Shown here: piece after piece, positions 9,035-15,949 of the stretch | Layout of the letters: the number at the start of each line of letters is the position of its first letter | How positions within the stretch are numbered: the stretch's first letter is position 1 | DNA from: a virus | IMG/VR virus record: IMGVR_UViG_3300012668_000254 | Coordinates: 1 to 38,028 of that record | Length of the DNA stretch: 38,028 nucleotides | Strand: one strand, 5' to 3' | Made by a program: the position numbers and the translations under genes | The notes under the pieces: model-generated | What the model was told of the DNA's origin: nothing | Seen by the model: the letters and a program-made list of their open reading frames with translations, nothing else | Databases searched by the model: none

Positions 9035-9068
9035 TTGAATTATACATAAAGAGAAACTTTTAACTTTA
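9035..9068 (-). promoter_or_regulatory. Leftward promoter candidate: extended -10 TGTATAAT plus upstream TAAAGTT
   Basis: The minus strand reads TAAAGTT-14nt-ATGTATAATTCAA. The same bipartite element recurs at 14875..14907 upstream of another leftward gene. Confidence 0.5.
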
Positions 9069-9082
9069 CAGGTATAACATAC

Positions 9083-9712
9083 ATGACATCTCCGGATCAA
9101 GTACAACAAAATAATGATAAAGAGTATAACTTTCGTGCGCAGGCTGCAAAATATGAAGCACAACTGCAACAGGAAAGAGCTGAAAGAGAAAGATTACAAC
9201 ACGAATTAGAAGCAAGAAATAATAATGAACAGGATGAAGACGCATCAGAACCTTATGTTGATCATAAGAAACTCAATAGAACACTCGCTAAGCATGGTCA
9301 GAATACACAATCGGAAATCAATAAAGCGATGGAATACGCGAAACATACAGCCAAAGAAGAACTTAAACAAGAAATGTGGCTTGAAAATAATCCTGATTTT
9401 TATGACACCCTTAAACATGCAGAAAAATTCGCTGCAAAAAATCCTAAAATGGCTGAAACAATATTAAAAATGCCAGAAGGTTTTGAACGTCAAAAATTAG
9501 TCTATCAAAGTATCAAAGCTTTAGGTGTTGATGCTCCTGAAATCAAACAACCTTCTATACAAGAAAAGATTGATACTAATCGCAGAACACCTTATTATCA
9601 ACCATCCGGTGTTGGTGCTGCACCTTATGCGACACAAGGTGACTTTAGTCAATCGGGACAAAAAGATGCATATAGTAAAATGCAAGAATTGAAAAATAGA
9701 TTGAGGTTGTAA
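9083..9712 (+). CDS. Scaffold-like, highly charged helical protein
   Basis: Gln/Glu/Lys-rich coiled-coil N-terminus (AQLQQERAERERLQHELEARN). Lies adjacent to the co-chaperonin and terminase genes. Function inferred only from composition and position. Confidence 0.45.
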   Translation: MTSPDQVQQNNDKEYNFRAQAAKYEAQLQQERAERERLQHELEARNNNEQDEDASEPYVDHKKLNRTLAKHGQNTQSEINKAMEYAKHTAKEELKQEMWLENNPDFYDTLKHAEKFAAKNPKMAETILKMPEGFERQKLVYQSIKALGVDAPEIKQPSIQEKIDTNRRTPYYQPSGVGAAPYATQGDFSQSGQKDAYSKMQELKNRLRL

Positions 9713-9713
9713 T

Positions 9714-9986
9714 ATGAAATATCCTAAACCTTTCGGTGAAAAAATTCTCGTTAAAAGAGATAAAGTTGAAAATACTGGTAAACTCCTTTTTTCAACTAAT
9801 GTACCAAAAAATGAAGGTATAATCGTTGAAGTTGGTTGTGATACAAAAGAAAAACCAATGAGAGTAGAAATAGGTCAACATATAATGTTTTCGGGATACG
9901 GATTGACTAAAGTTCCAATTGATGAAGATAAAGAGAATGAATATATTTTAATGAATCAAAGTGATATTTTAGCTATTCTAAATTAA
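9714..9986 (+). CDS. groES: GroES/Cpn10-like co-chaperonin
   Basis: Aligns by eye along its whole length to E. coli GroES: PKPFGEKILVKRDKVE vs IRPLHDRVIVKRKEVE; EGIIVEVG vs RGEVLAVG; VEIGQHIMFSGYG...EYILMNQSDILAIL vs VKVGDIVIFNDGYG...EVLIMSESDILAIV. Confidence 0.9.
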   Translation: MKYPKPFGEKILVKRDKVENTGKLLFSTNVPKNEGIIVEVGCDTKEKPMRVEIGQHIMFSGYGLTKVPIDEDKENEYILMNQSDILAILN

Positions 9987-11257
9987 AAATTAGATTTAAA
10001 TCTATCATTTAAGTACTTGTTAGGGTTGTGAAGATAAGGTTGATAAACCGTAACTTTGTGCGTCGAGAGGAGGTACCTAAGTCCGTCAACCGCATGGTCG
10101 GCCTTCTTAACAGGTGCATCATCACCCTGTTTTGATTTCTTATCATCCCATACATATGTTTGAATCTCACGGATGAGATTCTTACACTCTTTACATACTA
10201 CAAAATTACCATCACTCATTTCATTTGTCATCTTAGCTATGCCATTAAATACATCATTATCCGCATCTATAACATGCATTCCTCGTCGTTGTAGTTCTAA
10301 ACGCAACGCAGCTGCACTAGGATCGATATAAACTCCTTTTGGTCCATATGGTTCAAGAAAGTCTTTTATATCGTCAGCAAGTTCAGAAACAGTCTTTTGT
10401 CTACCTTGTTTGCGACTATCCCAATAATATTCTTTCTCAGCCCACATCTTTTTCCCGCGTTGATCTCTTACTCCTGTATAAACACCAACTAACACACAGG
10501 CAGTTGCATTGCTAATTCCGTAATCTATACCCGCAATCCAATAATCAGCAGCTTCTGGCGGTTTTGAAACTACATGTAATTTAGGATCAAAAAAGTCAAA
10601 GATTGCACCTTCAGCAAGACACCATAATCCAAGATAATCTCGTTTATAGAATATACCATTTTTATTAGCTGCAAGTCTGTCTTTATAGTCTTGTGGCACA
10701 TAAGGATTATCTTCTAACGTCCAGTGCATAGCATAGTAATTTTTATCGCCTTCTGCTGCCTTATCTACCCATTGCTTGATAGTATGATCAGGATATGTAG
10801 GATTACAGGTAACAACAGCTTTTGACCAAGGACAACTCAAACGCTGATCCAATATCTCGATAATAGATAAAGGATAAAGAGTGATCTCATCACAATAAAG
10901 TAAAGACATGGTTTTACCACGAATAGAACGAACAGCTCCCTCATCTTTAGCACCTAAAATCTTAATAGTTTTGTCTCTAAAAGTAAGCACTCTATTTCCT
11001 GTTGACCAAGAACAAAAAGGTTCAAAGATAGCAAATTGAGGACTTTCAAAGATAAGTTTTATCACATTGTCATAAAGAGTTTCACTCGTATGACCTATCA
11101 TGTAGATTTGAGAATCAGGGCATATTTGCGCTTGATGTAGAAACCACCAGAAAGTTCCTACAGTTTTACCAGTTCTAACGCTCCCATGCGCTATATTCCA
11201 TTTTGCATTTGCTTCTTTGATAAAAAGTACTTGTTTTTCTGATAGTAAATCTTGCAT
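9983..11257 (-). CDS. terL: Terminase large subunit
   Basis: Walker A HGSVRTGKT, Walker B LLYCDE, and nuclease-domain motifs AGIDYG and HAVDGLRYL. The track ORF begins at a TTG (11287); the ATG-ATG at 11260/11257 preceded by AAAGGA is the more likely start. Confidence 0.9.
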   Translation of the reverse strand: MQDLLSEKQVLFIKEANAKWNIAHGSVRTGKTVGTFWWFLHQAQICPDSQIYMIGHTSETLYDNVIKLIFESPQFAIFEPFCSWSTGNRVLTFRDKTIKILGAKDEGAVRSIRGKTMSLLYCDEITLYPLSIIEILDQRLSCPWSKAVVTCNPTYPDHTIKQWVDKAAEGDKNYYAMHWTLEDNPYVPQDYKDRLAANKNGIFYKRDYLGLWCLAEGAIFDFFDPKLHVVSKPPEAADYWIAGIDYGISNATACVLVGVYTGVRDQRGKKMWAEKEYYWDSRKQGRQKTVSELADDIKDFLEPYGPKGVYIDPSAAALRLELQRRGMHVIDADNDVFNGIAKMTNEMSDGNFVVCKECKNLIREIQTYVWDDKKSKQGDDAPVKKADHAVDGLRYLLSTHKVTVYQPYLHNPNKYLNDRFKSNF

Positions 11258-11281
11258 CATATCCTTTCTAATGGGGTAAGT

Positions 11282-11674
11282 ATGCAAAATAGAGCAAAGT
11301 GCAAATTATGTGAATCAATTATTGAAAGTTTTCATTCTCAAGATTATGTAATGTGCAAATGTGGAGAGATTGCAGTGGGTGGTGATGTTGGTGATTACCC
11401 ATGTGCTGCAAAAAACTGGGATAACTTTTTGCGTGTGGATGATGAAGGTAACACAATCATACCTAAAATCAAAAATAAAGATGATGTAAAACCGCTTTAC
11501 ATTGAACCAAATGAAGTGTCAAAACCAACACGTGATGATTTAATCAAGATTCTTGATGATATGGTTAAAAGTATTGAGAAATTACCTCCAGAAGCAATGA
11601 CTACATATGTAAATCAATATGATTTGATGTCATTTTTGATGATTTTGAGTGCAATATTTAAGGCTAAAGAATAA
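11282..11674 (+). CDS. Zinc-ribbon protein (CxxC...CxC), function unknown; contains hairpin repeat copy 1
   Basis: Start taken at MQNRAKCKLCESIIESFHSQDYVMCKCGE. Divergent from terL. Confidence 0.6.
   Translation: MQNRAKCKLCESIIESFHSQDYVMCKCGEIAVGGDVGDYPCAAKNWDNFLRVDDEGNTIIPKIKNKDDVKPLYIEPNEVSKPTRDDLIKILDDMVKSIEKLPPEAMTTYVNQYDLMSFLMILSAIFKAKE
11484..11502 (+). repeat. Hairpin repeat copy 1: ATGTAAA-ACCGC-TTTACAT
   Basis: The 19-nt core is identical to 36268..36286 and to the reverse complement of 23134..23152. Here it lies inside a CDS and encodes VKPLYI. Confidence 0.9.
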
Positions 11675-11805
11675 ATAATTAAATTTTAATTAATTTCAAT
11701 AGATAATCTTGAATTATGCAGCAGTAATCATGGGCCTACTCAACATGTTGAAGATAGAATAAAGTATTATATTGAATTTCTCAACCAGTACGGGTATAAG
11801 TTAAT

Positions 11806-11821
11806 AAAAGAATAAATTTAA
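11806..11821 (+). promoter_or_regulatory. 16-nt motif AAAAGAATAAATTTAA upstream of the portal start; second copy at 14216..14231
   Basis: Exact 16-nt identity, and both copies lie 15-30 nt upstream of a start codon. A partial third copy is at about 11664-11690. Confidence 0.35.
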
Positions 11822-11836
11822 TATTCGGAGGCTAAT

Positions 11837-11962
11837 TTGAGTAGTTTTTATAATGCTCCATGGCAGAATGATCAAGAGCCGAATAGTGGTAATGTTCGTC
11901 ACTTTTTAGACCAATTATATAGTAAATTCATGCCACTTGAACAAAGTCGCTGGAATCAGAGT
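11837..11962 (+). CDS. Portal protein, exon 1 (42 codons, TTG start)
   Basis: GGAGG sits 5 nt upstream of TTG 11837. Encodes (M)SSFYNAPWQNDQEPNSGNVRHFLDQLYSKFMPLEQSRWNQS, then an in-frame TAA that begins the intron. The last six exon nt, cagagt, pair with gctctg (11971-76), with a U-G wobble at the junction. Confidence 0.7.
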
Positions 11963-12180
11963 TAAGAATTGCTCTGAATAAACCTTCTCTGATTGACTCG
12001 GAAGCCCGATGGGGTGACGAGGGGCAAGTTTAAATACAGCCTGAACGACTGAGCGAGAGGGACTCGGAAACGAGTATGCAACAGTCTGAACACTACGGAT
12101 AACACCAAGGTAGTGAGGGAGATTCGAAGAAGTTTCCCCGCTCACAATATATTGTGAGTCATAAAAGTAACAGATCTCGG
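11963..12180 (+). ncRNA. ORF-less group I intron in the portal gene (about 218 nt)
   Basis: GC-rich structured island in AT-rich DNA. Elements seen: P1 (11957-62 / 11971-76); P3 ccttctc (11983-89) / gagaggg (12055-61); R-like gaacgactga; P8 hairpin actcg-GAAA-cgagt (12062-75); S-like acagtctgaac. The 3' tail ...ctcacaatatattgtgagtcataaaagtaacag is shared with the capsid introns. The exact 3' splice site (after G12180 vs G12173) is inferred from the reading frame. Confidence 0.75.
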
Positions 12181-14208
12181 AATATCGATACGCTTTTCTA
12201 TGCCGGCAACCAGTCTTTTATTAATAGGACTTTGAACAACGGACTCGCCACGTCTTATAAAGATTATTATTTCAATTTAGTTCAACAGCCCGTCAATATG
12301 ATCACAGGTTATGAGCGGCAGCATCGTAAAAACTTCTCTTATGTAGCTACAGAAGGTGCTGATCCTTTAACAACTGATCAATATACTACACTTATAACTC
12401 ACGCAGCCAATCAAGGTTGTATTCACGAACAGAAGTCTAAGGCAAAAGAACTTGCTGCTATATCTGGAATGGTTTTAATGCAACCATATCTTGATTATAC
12501 AGGTGATGACCAAGCTCAAGGAACACTTAAAACTAAGATTTGGGAATATAACTCATTTCTAGTTGACCCTTACTTTCGTAATCCTGATATGTCAGATGCT
12601 CAGTTTGTCTGGTGTCAGGAATATATAAGCAAAAGAGAGGCAGAAGATCGATTTCCAGAAAAACTCAAAAATATTATGCCAATGTCTGGTACACCCCAGC
12701 GTTATGGAAACTTCTATTTTTTACCAGAAAACCATAATATGGCTAGAAATGATCTTATGGTCTTGTCATATGTTTGGTATAAATGGAAAAGGAAAAAGAA
12801 ACGTTTATATAGTAGGTCACGTAATCAATTCTATGATTTTGCAGGTGGTGAAGAAAATCTGGAACAAATCTTATATAATATCGAAGACATGGAAGAAGTT
12901 ACTGTTGATGTCCCATGTTGGAAATTAGCAGTTATTCTAAATGAACAACTTATGTATTCAGGTGAAAATCCACTTGGATTCGATGATTGTCCATTTATAC
13001 CATACTATTGGAACTATGATCCACATATAAATCACTTTGACTTACGTGTGAGATCGTTAATTAGAACTATGCGAGATCCGCAATTCCTTTTTAACTATAA
13101 GGTTATCCAAAATAATGATATCGCTAGCGCGACAATCAATGCTGGATGGAAACGTAAAATAGGAGCAGTTGCAAATGAAGACAACCTTAAGAAAGCCGGT
13201 CAAGGATGGGATGTTATCATTAATGAAGGCTATGAACTTACTGACTGTGAAAAAATTATCCCTAGTGCTGTTCCAGAGTCTGATCTTGCCTTGGCACAAC
13301 AAATGGCTGATCTTATATACAACGTTTCTGGGATTAATTTAGAAAATTGGTCTGGACAGCAAGATAAGCAAATATCATCATTGACTATGATGCTAAAACA
13401 AGCAGCCAATTTGATGGTATTTCAAAAGTATTTTGACCAATGGGATTTTTCAGATAAATTGCTAGGGGATAGACTAATCCAAATTGTATTAAACAATTGG
13501 AATGCAGCCAAAGTTCAACTTTATATTGGTGCTGAACCATCACCTCATTTTTTCAGTAAAGTATTTTGTAAGTTTCAGACAATTGTTGAAGAATCTGACC
13601 TTACACCTACTCAGCAGAACTTGCAAGCATCTCAAATGCTAGACATAAATGAAAAATTTCAAAGAGAAGTTTTTCCTCCATCTATGATCATACCAAAATT
13701 AAATATAACTGGAAAAGCAGAAATAATCCAGTTCTTATCAGAACAAGAGCAGCAAATGCAAGCCGCTCAAGGCGAGGAAATGAACTTGAAGCACACTGTA
13801 GAGGAAGTGCGCCTCAAGGAGATGATGGCGAAAATTCACAACCTTCTTTCACAGGCTCGTGAACGTGATTCTCGTTCAGCCTCAAATGCAGGTTTATTTG
13901 AAGAAAGAATGTCAATGGTCTCACGCAACCACTCAATGGCAACAAAAGACAAAATGGCTGCTCTTGCACAGTTGTTAGAAACTATTCAGAAATTCGGAGA
14001 GGTTGAGACATTCTTAAAATCAAACGAATTGGAAAGTGTTAAACTTGATGAAGAAGAACAAGAAAAAACAGCTCGACAAAATGTTGAGACAACAGAAGCT
14101 TCAAAAGAATTTATGGAACAATTAATGGGTACGATGGGACAATCAGGAAGACAACAAAATTCACAACAACAACAACAACCTATGCAAAATAACCAAATGA
14201 TGATATAA
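12181..14208 (+). CDS. Portal protein, exon 2
   Basis: Continues in frame as NIDTLFYAGNQSF... The 675-aa remainder has a Gln-rich acidic tail, and size and position are typical of a portal. The track ORF start at 12154 (GTG) lies inside conserved intron sequence. Confidence 0.7.
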   Translation, partial: NIDTLFYAGNQSFINRTLNNGLATSYKDYYFNLVQQPVNMITGYERQHRKNFSYVATEGADPLTTDQYTTLITHAANQGCIHEQKSKAKELAAISGMVLMQPYLDYTGDDQAQGTLKTKIWEYNSFLVDPYFRNPDMSDAQFVWCQEYISKREAEDRFPEKLKNIMPMSGTPQRYGNFYFLPENHNMARNDLMVLSYVWYKWKRKKKRLYSRSRNQFYDFAGGEENLEQILYNIEDMEEVTVDVPCWKLAVILNEQLMYSGENPLGFDDCPFIPYYWNYDPHINHFDLRVRSLIRTMRDPQFLFNYKVIQNNDIASATINAGWKRKIGAVANEDNLKKAGQGWDVIINEGYELTDCEKIIPSAVPESDLALAQQMADLIYNVSGINLENWSGQQDKQISSLTMMLKQAANLMVFQKYFDQWDFSDKLLGDRLIQIVLNNWNAAKVQLYIGAEPSPHFFSKVFCKFQTIVEESDLTPTQQNLQASQMLDINEKFQREVFPPSMIIPKLNITGKAEIIQFLSEQEQQMQAAQGEEMNLKHTVEEVRLKEMMAKIHNLLSQARERDSRSASNAGLFEERMSMVSRNHSMATKDKMAALAQLLETIQKFGEVETFLKSNELESVKLDEEEQEKTARQNVETTEASKEFMEQLMGTMGQSGRQQNSQQQQQPMQNNQMMI

Positions 14209-14215
14209 AAAGATT

Positions 14216-14231
14216 AAAAGAATAAATTTAA
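14216..14231 (+). promoter_or_regulatory. Second copy of the AAAAGAATAAATTTAA motif
   Basis: Exact copy of 11806..11821, upstream of the 14259 gene. Confidence 0.35.
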
Positions 14232-14258
14232 AGAGTCGGTAGACTCATGGAGTTAAGT

Positions 14259-14504
14259 ATGTCAGAAAAACAAAGAACTGGTACTGCTAAATCAGGCGGA
14301 ATGTCTGTAAATGATCATTCATTTTTTGCCGGAAGCGGTTCACCTACATTTCCAATTGGAAATAAAATGAAGCAATATACAGGTGCTGAAGGTGCTGGTT
14401 CTGAAATGGATTATGAAGATACAAGCCCTAAGATTAAACAGATGCAAGATGAAGGCATCGCTAAAGTAAAAGCACATCCTATGAAGCCAAATTATAGAAA
14501 TTAA
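14259..14504 (+). CDS. Small hypothetical virion-module protein
   Basis: GGAG sits 6 nt upstream of ATG 14259 (MSEKQRTGTAKSGG...), which is in frame with the track ORF start at 14247. Confidence 0.55.
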   Translation: MSEKQRTGTAKSGGMSVNDHSFFAGSGSPTFPIGNKMKQYTGAEGAGSEMDYEDTSPKIKQMQDEGIAKVKAHPMKPNYRN

Positions 14505-14530
14505 ATTTTATTCCTTATGTTAAACATGAG

Positions 14531-14558
14531 AGAAATAGGGGTTTAGGCTCCTATTTCT
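14531..14558. terminator. Stem-loop between convergent genes (bidirectional terminator candidate)
   Basis: agaaatagg / loop / cctatttct, a 9-bp stem between the + gene ending at 14504 and the - gene ending at 14676. There is no clean U-tract on either side. Confidence 0.4.
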
Positions 14559-14675
14559 TAATTAAAAATGCAAAACTTGATTGGAAAAAAGATTAGTAAA
14601 TTTATTGATTCGTTTAAGAGGTATCTTAAGCCTTGTTTTTGCAAAAAAAGTATTCATAATAATGATTATCAGACG

Positions 14676-14852
14676 TTATTTCTCTAATCTCATGAGAAAA
14701 CCGCATTCGCTATAAAACTTCTTATCTCCTCTAGTCACCACTTCCTCTAATAATCTACAGGATTCTTTAAAACTATACTTATATTTTCTCTGAATATATG
14801 CCGTAGAAACAGTACCCATTAACCTAAAATTTTTTCTTATTTCTTTTTTCAT
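14676..14852 (-). CDS. 58-aa winged-helix protein resembling the FtsK gamma domain
   Basis: Hand-translated: MKKEIRKNFRLMGTVSTAYIQRKYKYSFKESCRLLEEVVTRGDKKFYSECGFLMRLEK. The VSTAYIQRKYKYSF..RLLEE pattern resembles the FtsK-gamma S-x-LQR-x-Y..A..L consensus. Below the ORF-track size cut-off. Confidence 0.45.
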   Translation of the reverse strand: MKKEIRKNFRLMGTVSTAYIQRKYKYSFKESCRLLEEVVTRGDKKFYSECGFLMRLEK

Positions 14853-14874
14853 AATACTTGTTATTTTTTTAAGA

Positions 14875-14907
14875 TTGAATTATACATCATAACATAGTGG
14901 AACTTTA
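14875..14907 (-). promoter_or_regulatory. Leftward promoter candidate: TAAAGTT-13nt-ATGTATAATTCAA
   Basis: The 13-nt core ttgaattatacat is identical to 9035..9047. It lies 23 nt upstream of the ATG at 14852. Confidence 0.5.
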
Positions 14908-14918
14908 AAAGGTACAAC

Positions 14919-15200
14919 ATGAAAAGAAATAAAGAGCAGATAAATGCTAAATCTGAATTTGCTGATCCTGATCGCATAAAAGAACAGAGAGAAATTGATA
15001 AACCTATTGATGGTAAAAAATCTCCTTGGGATTTTCGTTGCCCTCAATACGATCAACGCTCAAGCAATTTTATCAATGCAGGTACGCATTATGGTATAGG
15101 AATTAAACAACCTGTAGGACATAAAGGTGACCCAAAACAATTTGTAGATGTATTGCCATTTGGAAGACCTACAACAATGAGAGTAGATGATGAAGGCTAA
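14919..15200 (+). CDS. Small basic hypothetical protein containing HYGIGIKQPVGH
   Basis: ORF following a strand switch. Shares a YG-x-(G/A)-IKQ-x-VG motif with the overlapping next ORF. Confidence 0.55.
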   Translation: MKRNKEQINAKSEFADPDRIKEQREIDKPIDGKKSPWDFRCPQYDQRSSNFINAGTHYGIGIKQPVGHKGDPKQFVDVLPFGRPTTMRVDDEG

Positions 15201-15357
15201 AGTTAAAAACGCCCATACTCCTAAATCATCAATTGGTATGGGCGATTATTATGGTCAGGCTATCAAGCAAAAAGTAGGCAAAATGAGGTCAAGTACTCTG
15301 GATTATAGTATGCCAACGCCTCAAAATTTAAAGAAACCGCCTAAGAGTTTGGCTTAA
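15190..15357 (+). CDS. 55-aa hypothetical protein containing GDYYGQAIKQKVGK
   Basis: Hand-translated: MKAKVKNAHTPKSSIGMGDYYGQAIKQKVGKMRSSTLDYSMPTPQNLKKPPKSLA. Overlaps the upstream gene by 11 nt. Below the ORF-track cut-off. Confidence 0.45.
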   Translation: MKAKVKNAHTPKSSIGMGDYYGQAIKQKVGKMRSSTLDYSMPTPQNLKKPPKSLA

Positions 15358-15369
15358 ATATTGATTTTT

Positions 15370-15873
15370 TCATAATATTAATTTTCCTATTTTTCCAATT
15401 CGTTTATTCATTCGTCTTGCATGATTTGCATCTCTTGATAAGTCTTTGTAAATTTGGTTGATTTTCTCATCGGAAAGATCATCATCCTCATTTCTAGCAA
15501 GTGTATCTCTATCAAACTGAAATGCTCGAATACTATCACAAATCGTCTTATTTTCGGTAACTTTACCTTCTTCATATTGATTCCATAACTCTCTTGTAGG
15601 TATCATCCAAATAATTTTAACAATGTCTTTCCCAGGATAAGCTTTAAAAAGCATACTGTTTGTCTGAGGTTTTGGTCTAGTTAATCTAGGTTGCCAAATA
15701 AGTCTTTTTGTTACTCCATCATCATCTGTTCGAGTATGTGCAAAAATATAGAAAGGATAACTTCCGAAAGGTCGTCTATTTATCAAATCTTGACAACATT
15801 CGCCAATATCAAAATCAGATTTTGTAGTAAAACTTTTGTATCTATCATGTGCTTCAAATAAATTTAATTTCAT
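15370..15873 (-). CDS. Hypothetical 167-aa protein on the opposite strand within the structural region
   Basis: Clean ORF with no motif I can name. Confidence 0.6.
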   Translation of the reverse strand: MKLNLFEAHDRYKSFTTKSDFDIGECCQDLINRRPFGSYPFYIFAHTRTDDDGVTKRLIWQPRLTRPKPQTNSMLFKAYPGKDIVKIIWMIPTRELWNQYEEGKVTENKTICDSIRAFQFDRDTLARNEDDDLSDEKINQIYKDLSRDANHARRMNKRIGKIGKLIL

Positions 15874-15949
15874 GTGATTTCCTCAACTATTTTCTATACA
15901 TTAAACTAAAACAAGGTTAAATTAAAATTTAAATTTACGGAGGTATTCT

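Noticed and set aside
11484-11502. Hairpin repeats as N4-type single-stranded hairpin promoters
   Set aside because: Such promoters require a giant virion RNA polymerase, which a 38-kb genome with no RNAP-like ORF cannot encode. The stem and loop dimensions (7 bp, 5 nt) also differ.
11915-12145. 76-aa minus-strand ORF inside the portal intron
   Set aside because: It lies antisense within the GC-rich structured core of the intron and has no RBS. Its open frame is explained by the atypical base composition. The intron is treated as ORF-less.
12154-12180. GTG start at 12154 for the portal ORF, as given in the ORF track
   Set aside because: The sequence gtgagtcataaaagtaacag is conserved in capsid intron 2, where it cannot be coding because of an in-frame stop. 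There is no RBS upstream, and a separate RBS-equipped exon 1 exists at 11837.
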